The position numbers were made by a program, and so were the translations under genes. The notes beneath the pieces are model-generated. The model was not told the origin of the DNA. It worked only from the letters and a program-made list of their open reading frames with translations, and did not search any database. Shown in pieces: positions 16,897 to 26,515 of a stretch of DNA of 64,000 nucleotides. Source of the DNA: Chloroflexota bacterium. GTDB taxonomy: Bacteria > Chloroflexota > Anaerolineae > B4-G1 > SLSP01. Within the stretch, counting starts at the first letter, position 1, and every line of letters starts with the position of its first letter. Location: positions 6,719 to 70,718 of the forward strand of contig DAIUDK010000005.1 of NCBI GenBank assembly GCA_036845725.1. Direction: 5' to 3'.

Positions 16897-18677
16897 GGCG
16901 TCAGTTCGATGCCGGCAAGGGTCGCGCTAACTCCTTGCACTTCGGCAACGTGAACCAGAGGAATCATGACGACATCTTCGATAAGCATATCGTTCATCTG
17001 GATAATGATCTGTTGGCGTAGATCGGGGTCAATTTCCGCAGCGACTTGTTGGTATAGGGCGTCGTACTCGGCATTGCACCACCGCTCGACGTTGAGTCCG
17101 GCAGCCCAGCTATTGTCTTGCTGTGGAATCTGCTCGCAGGTCCAAAATTGCATATAGGGGCCAGGGTCGGGGCTATCACTGGCGATGCCGAACATCTGCA
17201 TGTCCGCCGCAAAGCGCAGGAAGTTGTCAGGGGTGGTGGCAGGGTCGTCGCTAAAGATGATACTTGGATCGACGATCCTCAACTCCAGATCAACCCCAAT
17301 GGCGTGCAGATTCTGCCGGATGATTTGCTGTGTTTGTTCGAGTGCCGTACCCTGCGGGGCAGCCGGGGCCAATAAAACCAGGTTTATTCGCCTGCCAGTT
17401 TCACGGTTGGTGCGGATGCCCGTCACGGGATCGCGAATCCACCCGGCTTCGTCCAACAGCGCCATGGCTTTTTCTGGATCGTAGGTGTAGAACGTGTTGG
17501 GCGAATTGTACTGCAAAGGCGCGACCAGGTTGTTGTGTGTTTCTTTGCCGAGCGGCCCATAGAGCGCCACGATGGTATGGTAGTCTATGGCGTAGGCAAA
17601 TGCCTGGCGTATGCGCTTGTCGCTGAAGAAAGGATTGGGAATATCGCGGTTCGAGCGTTCACCATTGGGCGCGGCTTGACGCGGATCGCTGCGGTTGAGC
17701 AAAATGCGCTCGACGTTGGAGCCGAACTTTGCCAGCACGACGCCAGTGCCGCCTTCTTGCATCCGTTCCAGCTCGTTGATGGACAACGGGGTGAGGTAGT
17801 AGGCATAATCCGCTTCTCCGGCTTCCAACACCATGCGCGCCGCCTCGGCGACCGTGCCGCCGCCGCGTAGCTCGATTTTGCTGAAATACGGCAGGTCAGG
17901 ATCGCGGTAGTAGGGGTTCGGTTCGTAGACGATCTTGTTCGTTTCCACGATTTGCGTGCCTAGCAGCAACACCTCCTGTGGCTTGATCCCCGGTTCGACG
18001 ACACGATACGGCCCCGTGCCCACCGGGAGTGTGTTCGCGGGCGCTTCGCGGGCGTTCGCGCCTTTATACGCTGCGAACACGTGCTGCGGTAGGATGACAC
18101 CCTGGATGCCGACGAACGGCAGCGACCAGGCCGGGGTCACGTCGCTGAAGATGATTTTGACGGTAAGCCGGTCGAGCACTTCGACGGCCTCAACGTTCCC
18201 GTACACATAGGCTGACTGCGCGTTCACTGCCGGGTCGATGATGTACTCGTAGGTGAATTTGACGTCCTTGGCTGTGAACGGCGTGCCGTCCGACCAGGCG
18301 ACGTCGGGCTTTAGCTTCCACGTGACTGATTTTCCGTCTTCTGCGACGCTGCCGTTTTCCAGCGAGGGAATCTCCAAAGCCAGGAAGGGGATCAACTTGC
18401 CGTCCTCGTCGAAACTGGCAAGTGGCTCGTAGGTAATGCGTGCGGCTTCCCAGTCCTTAATACTCACCGACAGGTGTGGGTTGAGCGTGGTTGGCGCTTC
18501 CCAGTACACCATGCGCAGTGTCCCGCCGATACCTCGCTGGCTGACGGCGGTCGGGACAGCGGTAGGCGCAGCGGCCTCAGGTGTGGGACGTGCGCCGTTG
18601 CAGGCTGTGAGGCTCAAAAGGCTGCTGGCCACCACAAGAAATAAAAGCACTTTGTGATTAAATCTGTATCTATTCAT
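16848..18677 (-). CDS. Extracellular solute-binding lipoprotein, ABC family 5 (peptide/nickel type), orphan (no adjacent permease)
   Basis: Signal peptide with lipobox LSLTAC. Family-5 SBP length and motifs. Confidence 0.8.
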   Translation of the reverse strand: MNRYRFNHKVLLFLVVASSLLSLTACNGARPTPEAAAPTAVPTAVSQRGIGGTLRMVYWEAPTTLNPHLSVSIKDWEAARITYEPLASFDEDGKLIPFLALEIPSLENGSVAEDGKSVTWKLKPDVAWSDGTPFTAKDVKFTYEYIIDPAVNAQSAYVYGNVEAVEVLDRLTVKIIFSDVTPAWSLPFVGIQGVILPQHVFAAYKGANAREAPANTLPVGTGPYRVVEPGIKPQEVLLLGTQIVETNKIVYEPNPYYRDPDLPYFSKIELRGGGTVAEAARMVLEAGEADYAYYLTPLSINELERMQEGGTGVVLAKFGSNVERILLNRSDPRQAAPNGERSNRDIPNPFFSDKRIRQAFAYAIDYHTIVALYGPLGKETHNNLVAPLQYNSPNTFYTYDPEKAMALLDEAGWIRDPVTGIRTNRETGRRINLVLLAPAAPQGTALEQTQQIIRQNLHAIGVDLELRIVDPSIIFSDDPATTPDNFLRFAADMQMFGIASDSPDPGPYMQFWTCEQIPQQDNSWAAGLNVERWCNAEYDALYQQVAAEIDPDLRQQIIIQMNDMLIEDVVMIPLVHVAEVQGVSATLAGIELTPWDMNTWSIKDWRRTP

Positions 18678-18780
18678 ACTCGCGGCATCCTCCTTGTGGG
18701 ACGCTTGCCCTTGCGCGAGGGCAAATCCTCGCCAGGGGTGCGTTGATCACTACACTATTGTACTCGCTTTATACTCATAC

Positions 18781-21700
18781 TCAACTCAATTGACCCCCAA
18801 ACCGCTGCCTGAACCCGTCAACCAGGTGCTGTTCTAGCGTGTACTGGTCACTGTGCAAATCGGCGGCTTCAAATCCAAGCGCCTTGAGCTTGTAATAGTG
18901 TTGTACGCCTTCTACGACGGTCACCGGGCCGACGGTAGGGGCGAGATTGTCGAAGCGCGCTGCGAGCAGTCCGGCCAGGATGCAGCCGGTGATGTCGTGA
19001 ACGTCACGCCGCGCGTACCCAATCAGGGGTTCGCTCCACGATTCCGGCAGGTAGGTCGTCTGCCCGATCGGATTGGGTGACTTGAGCACGCCCCCTTCGG
19101 TGAACAGGATATCACCGTCGGTGTACAGGCGGTGCAGTGCCGCCTGCGAGGAGAAACAGCGCGGGCTGGAATCGTCCACGATGAGCGTGCCCGGCTGCAC
19201 CTGCGCGATGTCGAGGACGTCGGGTGTGTTTGTCGCGCCGAGGATCAGCGACGCCGTATAGAACGCCGTGGGAACCTGCTGCTGTGATGCCACAATCTGC
19301 ACCTCACCTGCAAAGCCGAAGTCGTGGATGATTTCCCGGCGGGCATTTTCGAGCGCATCGCGTTTGTTGTACAGATCGCACAGCAGAAGCGTTTCGGGAT
19401 GCGGCAACGTGCTCAGCATCAGGCGCAGTGAGGTCAAGCCGATTGAGCCTAGCCCCAACACCCCAACCCTTTCGCGTTCCAGTTGCCGCTCGCTTTCCCG
19501 GAGGATTCTTTTCACGGCGAGGATCACGGCGGCAGAGGTGGCGGCGTGCCCGGTGGTGACTGCAGGCAGCGCCGTGTCATAGGCGCTGTTGGCGACGATG
19601 GCGCGCCCGTATTCTGTCGCTGAAGGAATCAATCCAGTCAGCGAAACCGCACGCGCGCCGAGCAGGCGCACTATGTGCAGCGCATCGATGATTTGGATAA
19701 CGAAATCTTCCGGGTTATGGTATAGCTCATCGTCGAAGCGGGGCAGCAGGAGGATGGCGACACGTCCGAGCGCCGTCTCGATAATGTCGGTGAAGAGCGG
19801 CATGCCTGCGACGTGTTCGTTGAGCAACGCATCGCGCTCCGGATTGACACGGTCGAGGTAGCCAAGTGCCGCCGACGCCACGGGCGCGAGCTTTCCGGCA
19901 GCGAACAACGCCAACAGCGGGCGCCGTTCGATGGCAATGAATGGTGCGCTCGATGGCGCGGGCGCTTTTTGGGTAACTTCGGCTATCGGTGCAGGCGCCT
20001 CTAGCGCGCCGGCGAGTTCCGCGATGGTCGGGTGCAGGAAGAGTGTCTTGATCGAGAGCGATGTATGCAACGCTGCCGTTATCCTGGAGATCAGTTGTAC
20101 GGCTTGCAGCGAGTGCCCGCCCAGATCGAAGAAGTTATCGTAGCGACCCACGTGTTCGACGTGGAGCACCTCGGCCCAGATGGTGGCGAGCTGCTTTTCC
20201 GTCTCGGTGCGCGGCACGATGTAATCCGTGGCGCTTTCCCGGCTGACACCGAGCGCCGCGAGCGCCCTCCGGTCCACCTTGCCGCTTGCTGTGAGGGGTA
20301 AAGTATCGCGGATAACGATGCTTGTGGGAATCATATAGGCAGGTAACATGTTTTTCAAGTGCTCGCGCAACACACTCCCTTTTAGGGTGTATCCTGCGGC
20401 TTGAGTAACATAGGCTACAAGTTGTGTGTCGTTCCCTATACTCGCGGCGACGACGATGGCGGCGTCAATCCCTGTTTGTCGTCGCAGTGCGGCCTCGATC
20501 TCCCCTAACTCAATACGGTAGCCGCGTATTTTTACTTGTTCGTCGCTCCGCCCCAGATACTCTAGCACCCCGTTGATGCGATAGCGCACCAGATCTCCGG
20601 TCCTATACATCCGCGCCTTTGGTCTATCACAGAAAGGATCGACGACGAATCGTTCGGCGGTGAGTTCGGGATGGCCCAGGTAGCCGCGCGCCAGACATTC
20701 TCCACCGATGTAAAGTTCGCCAGGAACACCCACGGGCGTCGGTTGCAACCAGGCATCGAGTACGTACGTGTGGACGTTGGCGATAGCATGTCCGATAGGG
20801 ACGTTATCCTGTGCGTTTGCAACGGCTTCCGGTGTGGTCAAATCGTGAACAGTGACCGTGACCGCAGCCTCCGTTGGACCATAAGCGTTGATGAGTTGTA
20901 CATGGCTACCGACGTATGCATGCCATGTTTGGACATCATCTGGTAGCGCCTTTTCGCCGCCGAAGACTACCAGACGTAATGTCGGTGGTAGGTCGCTCTC
21001 TGTGCGTGCCAACATCGGAAACCCGTTGACCAGCTCACGCCAGTAGGCGGTGGGGAGATTTAGTACGTTGATCCTCGACATCTCACACGCCTGCCAAAAC
21101 TTCGTAACGGAATCGATCATCTCATCTGTCCGCAGCACCAACGTTGCGCCTTGTGTCAGGCTTACATAGATTTCCTCGGCGGCAACGTCGAAACTGATAG
21201 AGGAGAATTGCAGTACTCGCTCGCCTTTCTCGATGCGATAATGCGCGTTGATTGCAGCGATCAAGTTGTGTAGCGCGCTGTGCGGGATGACCACGCCTTT
21301 GGGTACGCCCGTCGACCCTGACGTGTAGATGATATACGCGCCGTGCTCCCCGCTCACGCCGGAATCGGTATTTTCCGCGTTCTGTTGCGCGACGACGTCC
21401 CAATCCGTATCCAGACAAATCACGTATTCCGGCTGGATCGGTAGCGCGCGCGTCAATTGTGACTGTGTAACCAGGACGCGCGCCTGCACGTCTCCCAGGA
21501 TCAACGCCAGGCGCTCTGGCGGATAGGCCGGATCCAGAGGCACATATGTCCCCCCGGCCTTGAGGATGCCGAGCAGGCCCACAATCATCTCCGGGCTGCG
21601 CTCTATGTACAATCCTACCGGCGTCTCCGGCCCCACGCCCAACGTTTGGAGATGATGCGCCAGTTGGTTGGCCTTGCGGTTGAGGTCGGCGTAGGTGAGT

Positions 21701-23304
21701 CGCCGGTCTTCGTGGATGACGGCGAGCGCCTCCGGCGTCCGCACGACTTGCGCCTCGAACAGGTGATGCGCGCATATGTCGCGGGGATAGTCGCGCGTTG
21801 GGCCGCGCCCGATGGCGAGCATCTGCTGGCACTCGGTCTCCGGCATCAACGGCAGCGTGGCGATGGGCTGTTCCGGGTGGGCCAGCGCGCCCGCCAGCAC
21901 CGTCTCAAAGTGCCCGGCCATGCGTTGGACCGTCGCGGCGTCGAACAGATCGGTGTTGTACTCGAAACTGCCGCGCAGTCCCTCCGGCGTCTCTTCGATA
22001 TCGAGCGACAGGTCGAAGAGCGCGGTCTGGTTGTCGATCACGTTGTATGCAGCCGCGAGATCGCGCAGGCGCAGGTCGGCGTTGCCGTTGTTTTGGAAGG
22101 AGAACATCGCCTGAAAGAGTGGCGACCGGCTCAGGTCGCGCTCCGGTTGCAGCGCCTCCACCAGCCGCTCGAAGGGCAAATCCTGGTGGTCGTAGGCTTC
22201 GAGGGCGACGCGCCGCGTGCGGTCCAGCAGCTCGCGGAAAGTGGGTTGGCCTGCGAGATCGCCGCGCAGCGCCAGTGTGTTGACGAAGAAGCCGATCAGC
22301 CCTTCGACCTCGCTATGTGTGCGATTGGCGATGGGCGCGCCGATGACGAAATCCTCCTGACCGGTGTAGCGATGGAGCAGCACCTCGAAGGCCGCCAGCA
22401 GCAGCATAAAGAGCGAGACGCCCTCCTCTTGGGCCAGCGCCTGCGCCCCTGTGTACAGCGCAGCGGGCAGCGTGAAGCGGTGCAGCGCCCCGTTGTGCGT
22501 CTGGATGGGCGGGCGGGGCCGGTCGGTCGGCAGGTTGAGCGCCGGCAATGGGCCGCTCAACCGTTCCTGCCAGTACGCGAGCTGGCGCTGGAGCACATCG
22601 CCTTGCAGCCATTCGCGCTGCCACACGGCGAAGTCCGCGTACTGGATGGGCAGTTCGGGTATCGACGGCGTCTGTCCCGTGACGCGCGCCGTGTACAGCG
22701 TGCTCAGTTCGCGGAAGAAAACGCTCAGCGACCAGCCGTCGAAGACGATATGGTGGAATGTCAACTGCAGGATGTGCTCCGTCTCGTCCAGGCGCAGCAG
22801 CCGCGCGCGCCACAGCGGTCCCTGACCGAGGTCGAAGGGGACGCGCGCTTCGGCGGCGAGGTCCGCTTTAATGCCAGCATCGGGCAACGATTGCGCTTCC
22901 ATAACCGTGAGTGGAACGTCCACTGCCGGGGTGACGATCTGCATAGGTTCGCCGTCTACAGCCGTGAAGGTCGTGCGCAGGATGGCGTGCCGCTGCGCGA
23001 TGGCGTGCAGGCTGGCTTCCAGCGCGGCGACGTCGAGCGGGCCGCCCAATGTCACGGCGATAGGGACGTTGTAGGTCGGCTGTCCGGGTTCCAACTGTTC
23101 ATGGAACCACAGTCGCTGCTGCGCGAAGGAGAGCAGGGCCGGCCCGTCGTCGGCGCGACGCGGAATCTCCACCGGGCGCGCCTCCGGTCGTCCACGCAGG
23201 CGTTTTTCGAGCAGCGCGCGTTGGGCGGGCGAGAGCGCGTGTCTTGTCGCGGGCGCTTGCACGGCTTCGAGGATGTCAGTCATTGTTCCCTGCCTGGTTG
23301 TCAA
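18781..23304 (-). CDS. NRPS module 3: C-A-T plus roughly 430-aa C-terminal non-canonical NAD(P)-Rossmann-like domain (putative release/tailoring domain)
   Basis: C domain FHHIVFDGWS. A domain YTSGSTGVPKG..GELYIGG..YRTGD..GRSDEQVKIRG..PLTASGKVDR. T domain DLGGHSL. Terminal region with VGVLGLGSIGLT (GxGxxG). No TE or SDR-type R motifs. An alternative start at ATG 23283 overlaps module 2 by 8 nt (ATGACTGA). Confidence 0.85.
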   Translation of the reverse strand: MTTRQGTMTDILEAVQAPATRHALSPAQRALLEKRLRGRPEARPVEIPRRADDGPALLSFAQQRLWFHEQLEPGQPTYNVPIAVTLGGPLDVAALEASLHAIAQRHAILRTTFTAVDGEPMQIVTPAVDVPLTVMEAQSLPDAGIKADLAAEARVPFDLGQGPLWRARLLRLDETEHILQLTFHHIVFDGWSLSVFFRELSTLYTARVTGQTPSIPELPIQYADFAVWQREWLQGDVLQRQLAYWQERLSGPLPALNLPTDRPRPPIQTHNGALHRFTLPAALYTGAQALAQEEGVSLFMLLLAAFEVLLHRYTGQEDFVIGAPIANRTHSEVEGLIGFFVNTLALRGDLAGQPTFRELLDRTRRVALEAYDHQDLPFERLVEALQPERDLSRSPLFQAMFSFQNNGNADLRLRDLAAAYNVIDNQTALFDLSLDIEETPEGLRGSFEYNTDLFDAATVQRMAGHFETVLAGALAHPEQPIATLPLMPETECQQMLAIGRGPTRDYPRDICAHHLFEAQVVRTPEALAVIHEDRRLTYADLNRKANQLAHHLQTLGVGPETPVGLYIERSPEMIVGLLGILKAGGTYVPLDPAYPPERLALILGDVQARVLVTQSQLTRALPIQPEYVICLDTDWDVVAQQNAENTDSGVSGEHGAYIIYTSGSTGVPKGVVIPHSALHNLIAAINAHYRIEKGERVLQFSSISFDVAAEEIYVSLTQGATLVLRTDEMIDSVTKFWQACEMSRINVLNLPTAYWRELVNGFPMLARTESDLPPTLRLVVFGGEKALPDDVQTWHAYVGSHVQLINAYGPTEAAVTVTVHDLTTPEAVANAQDNVPIGHAIANVHTYVLDAWLQPTPVGVPGELYIGGECLARGYLGHPELTAERFVVDPFCDRPKARMYRTGDLVRYRINGVLEYLGRSDEQVKIRGYRIELGEIEAALRRQTGIDAAIVVAASIGNDTQLVAYVTQAAGYTLKGSVLREHLKNMLPAYMIPTSIVIRDTLPLTASGKVDRRALAALGVSRESATDYIVPRTETEKQLATIWAEVLHVEHVGRYDNFFDLGGHSLQAVQLISRITAALHTSLSIKTLFLHPTIAELAGALEAPAPIAEVTQKAPAPSSAPFIAIERRPLLALFAAGKLAPVASAALGYLDRVNPERDALLNEHVAGMPLFTDIIETALGRVAILLLPRFDDELYHNPEDFVIQIIDALHIVRLLGARAVSLTGLIPSATEYGRAIVANSAYDTALPAVTTGHAATSAAVILAVKRILRESERQLERERVGVLGLGSIGLTSLRLMLSTLPHPETLLLCDLYNKRDALENARREIIHDFGFAGEVQIVASQQQVPTAFYTASLILGATNTPDVLDIAQVQPGTLIVDDSSPRCFSSQAALHRLYTDGDILFTEGGVLKSPNPIGQTTYLPESWSEPLIGYARRDVHDITGCILAGLLAARFDNLAPTVGPVTVVEGVQHYYKLKALGFEAADLHSDQYTLEQHLVDGFRQRFGGQLS

Positions 23305-26300
23305 TGTCGCCGAGGGCCTCGATCTCGCGGATGATCGCTTCCTCGACAGCGGCGGCCAATCCCGCCACGGTCGGCGCTTCGAAGATGGCGCGCAAGGGGA
23401 TGGCGATCTGGAAACTTTGCTGCACGCGCGAAATCACCCGCGTCGCTAGCAGCGAGTGCCCGCCGAGCGCGAAGAAGTTGTCGTGGACGCCCACCTGGGT
23501 CATGCCAAGCACGCTCTGCCAGATTGCCGCCAGCGTCTCTTCGGTGGGTGTGCGTGGCGGGACGTGGGTTGCTGCTGCCTGCGTCCAATCGGGGGCGGGA
23601 AGTTTGGCGCGGTCGACTTTGCCGTTGGGCGTGAGCGGCAGGGCGTCCAGTCGCACAAAGGCGGCGGGGATCATATAGTCGGGCAGCGCGGTTTGCAGCG
23701 CCTCGCGCAGCGTGTCCGCCGTGGGCTGCTGCCCCGGAGAAGCGATAACGTAGGCCACCAGCCGTTTGTCGCCGGGAACGTCCTCGCGGGTCACGACGAC
23801 GGCGTTCTGCACCGCTGGATGCTGTTCCAAATGCGCCTCGATCTCGCCTGGCTCGACGCGATAGCCGCGAATCTTCACCTGATTGTCCAGCCGTCCCATA
23901 AATTCGACATCCCCGCTAGGCAGGTAGCGGGCGCGGTCGCCGGTTTTGTAGAGCCGCGCACCCGGTTCGTCGCTGAAGGGGTGGGGGACGAAGCGCTCGG
24001 CGGTTAATTCGGGCAGCCGCCAGTAGCCGCGCGCCAGCCCGTCGCCGCCGATGTACAGCTCGCCGGGCACGCCGGCCGGCACGGGCCGCATCGCGCGATC
24101 CAGGATGTAGACTTGGGTGTTGGCGATGGGCCGTCCGATGGGGACGGTGGCGTTGGATTGTGATCCAGCGCAAGCGAGGGTGGCGGTTGAGTGTATTGGA
24201 TAGCAGCAGGTGAAGGTGGTGTTTTCGGTGGGGCCGTAGCCGTTGATGAGTGTGTGCCCCGGCTGTAGACGGTCGAGCATCTGGCGCACGTGGGCGACGG
24301 AGAGCACGTCGCCGCCCGCCAGCAGTTGGCGGACGTGGCTGAGGCTTTCGGGGTAGCTTTCCAGCATTTGGTGGAACAGCCCGGCGGTAAGCCACAGCGT
24401 CGTGATGCGTTGTTCTTCGATGAAGCGAGCCAGCTCGTCGAGCGACGGTTTGTGGGCGGGAAAGATGACGAGTTTCCCGCCGTTGAGCAGGCTGCCCCAG
24501 ATTTCCAGCGTCGAAGCGTCGAAGGAGAGCGTCGCCAGTTGCAGGAACGTTTCATCGGCGGTCAGGCTGGCGAAGTTCGTGTTTTTGACCAGTCGCACGA
24601 TGGCGCGGTGGACGATGCTCGTGCCTTTGGGCGCGCCCGTTGAGCCGGACGTGTACATCACGTAGGCCAGGCTGCCGGCGGTCGCGCCGCCGTCGAGGTT
24701 GTCATCCGCATAGGCCGAACCCGGATCATCGTCAAGATTGACGATCCGCCCGCTGTATGCAGGGAGCTTCCCCACCAGCCGCGTGTGCGTCAGGATGACC
24801 GGCGCCTGCGTGTCGTCGATCATAAACGCGAGGCGTTCCGGCGGATAGGTGGGATCGAGCGGGACATAGGCCCCGCCGGCCTTGAGGATGCCCAGGACGC
24901 CGACGATCATCTCGAACGAGCGTTCAACGTAGATGCCGACGCCGACTTCCGGCCCCACGCCCAGTTCGCGCATGTGATGCGCCAGACGGTTGGCCCGGCG
25001 ATTGAGTTCAGCGTAGGTCAGCGTCGCGCCTTCGAAGCTGAGGGCCACGGCGTCGGGCGTTTGCGCAGCCTGCGCTTCGAACAGGCGGTGGACGGGCGTC
25101 TCGCGGGGGTAGTCGGTGCGGGTGTCGTTCCACGCGACGAGGATTTGTTCGCGCTCCGCCGGAGTGAGCAGCGGGAGATCGCCGGGCGCCGATTCCGGCG
25201 CGGTGAGCATTCCTTCGAGCAGCGTGCGCAGATGTCCGAGCATCCGTGCGATAGCGTCGTCGGTGAAGCGTTGGCGACGATAGCTGATTCTGAGGCGCAG
25301 TTCCTCGCCCGGTTCAACGATGACCGTGAGTGGGTAGTTGGTCTTTTCGAGCGTGACCATGTCGGCAATGCTGAGCCGGGGATCCGCCGGTTGGACGTCC
25401 GCCTCGCCGGGATAGTTCTCGAAGACGAGCAGTGTGTCGAATAGCGCCTGGCCTTGCGGGACGTCGCTCCACCGCTGGATGTCGACCAGCTGGGCGTATT
25501 CGTAGCGGCGGGCGGCGGCCTGTTGCGCTTGCAACGTTTGTAGCCAGGGACCGAGCGCGCCGTCGTCGGGGACGTGGACGCGCGCGGGCAGCGTGTTGAT
25601 GAACAGCCCGATCATCGCCTCGACGCCGTCCAACGCGGCAGGCCGCCCGGCGATCGTCGCACCGAAGAGCACGTCGACTTCGTCGCTTGGCTCGCCGCTG
25701 TAGCGGCTGAGGAGCGCCGCCCACGCGCCCTGGATGACCGTGTTGAGCGTCACTCGCTGCTGCCGGGCGAAGGCGTGCAGCGCCGTCGTCGTCGCGGTGG
25801 ACAGGCGCACCTGCTGCTCGGCGTAATCGTCCGCGGCGGGGTTGGCCTCTGCCACCCGTTGGACGTGCAGCGACGTGGGCGCAGTGAAGCCGCACAGGGT
25901 CTCGCGCCAGAACGTCTCGGCCTCCTTCAGGTCTTGGGCGTGCAGCCAGGCGATGTAGTCGCGGTAGGGGCGGGGTGGCGGGAGGCGCAGGTCTTGCCCC
26001 TGGCGCGACGCCTCGTAGAAGGCGAACACGTCCTTGAGCGCCAGCGACAAACTCCAGCCGTCGAGGAGCAGGTGGTGGAAGCTCCATACACAGCGCCACG
26101 TTTCATCTGCCAGACGGAAGAGGGTCACGCGCATCAAGGGGGCTTGGTGCAGATCGAAGCCGCGTGTTTGATCGCTCTTGAGCCAGGCCGCAAGCTTGCT
26201 CTGTTGTGCGTCGGGTGAGAGATCGCGCCAGTCGTGTGTCGTCCAGGGGAGCGCGGCGTGTCGCCGGACCACTTGCAGCGGTTTGTCGCGCGTCTCCCAG

Positions 26301-26506
26301 GCGAAGACCGTCCGCAAAACCGGATGCTGATCGATGAGGGATTGCCACGCGCGCTCGAAAGCGGCGACGTCGAGGTCGCCGTGGAGGGTGAAGCACAGTT
26401 GCTCGAAGTACACGCCGGATTCCGGTGTGTAGAGCGAGTGAAACAGCATTCCCTGCTGCATGGGAGAGAGCGGGTAAATGGCTTCGATGTTGTCTGGTGT
26501 GTTCAT
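23276..26506 (-). CDS. NRPS module 2: C-A-T with short C-terminal docking helix
   Basis: FHHLLLDGWS, YTSGSTGAPKG, GELYIGG, YKTGD, NGKVDR, LGGHSL. C-terminus IREIEALGDIDNQAGNND. Confidence 0.9.
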   Translation of the reverse strand: MNTPDNIEAIYPLSPMQQGMLFHSLYTPESGVYFEQLCFTLHGDLDVAAFERAWQSLIDQHPVLRTVFAWETRDKPLQVVRRHAALPWTTHDWRDLSPDAQQSKLAAWLKSDQTRGFDLHQAPLMRVTLFRLADETWRCVWSFHHLLLDGWSLSLALKDVFAFYEASRQGQDLRLPPPRPYRDYIAWLHAQDLKEAETFWRETLCGFTAPTSLHVQRVAEANPAADDYAEQQVRLSTATTTALHAFARQQRVTLNTVIQGAWAALLSRYSGEPSDEVDVLFGATIAGRPAALDGVEAMIGLFINTLPARVHVPDDGALGPWLQTLQAQQAAARRYEYAQLVDIQRWSDVPQGQALFDTLLVFENYPGEADVQPADPRLSIADMVTLEKTNYPLTVIVEPGEELRLRISYRRQRFTDDAIARMLGHLRTLLEGMLTAPESAPGDLPLLTPAEREQILVAWNDTRTDYPRETPVHRLFEAQAAQTPDAVALSFEGATLTYAELNRRANRLAHHMRELGVGPEVGVGIYVERSFEMIVGVLGILKAGGAYVPLDPTYPPERLAFMIDDTQAPVILTHTRLVGKLPAYSGRIVNLDDDPGSAYADDNLDGGATAGSLAYVMYTSGSTGAPKGTSIVHRAIVRLVKNTNFASLTADETFLQLATLSFDASTLEIWGSLLNGGKLVIFPAHKPSLDELARFIEEQRITTLWLTAGLFHQMLESYPESLSHVRQLLAGGDVLSVAHVRQMLDRLQPGHTLINGYGPTENTTFTCCYPIHSTATLACAGSQSNATVPIGRPIANTQVYILDRAMRPVPAGVPGELYIGGDGLARGYWRLPELTAERFVPHPFSDEPGARLYKTGDRARYLPSGDVEFMGRLDNQVKIRGYRVEPGEIEAHLEQHPAVQNAVVVTREDVPGDKRLVAYVIASPGQQPTADTLREALQTALPDYMIPAAFVRLDALPLTPNGKVDRAKLPAPDWTQAAATHVPPRTPTEETLAAIWQSVLGMTQVGVHDNFFALGGHSLLATRVISRVQQSFQIAIPLRAIFEAPTVAGLAAAVEEAIIREIEALGDIDNQAGNND

Positions 26507-26515
26507 GGGAATGCC

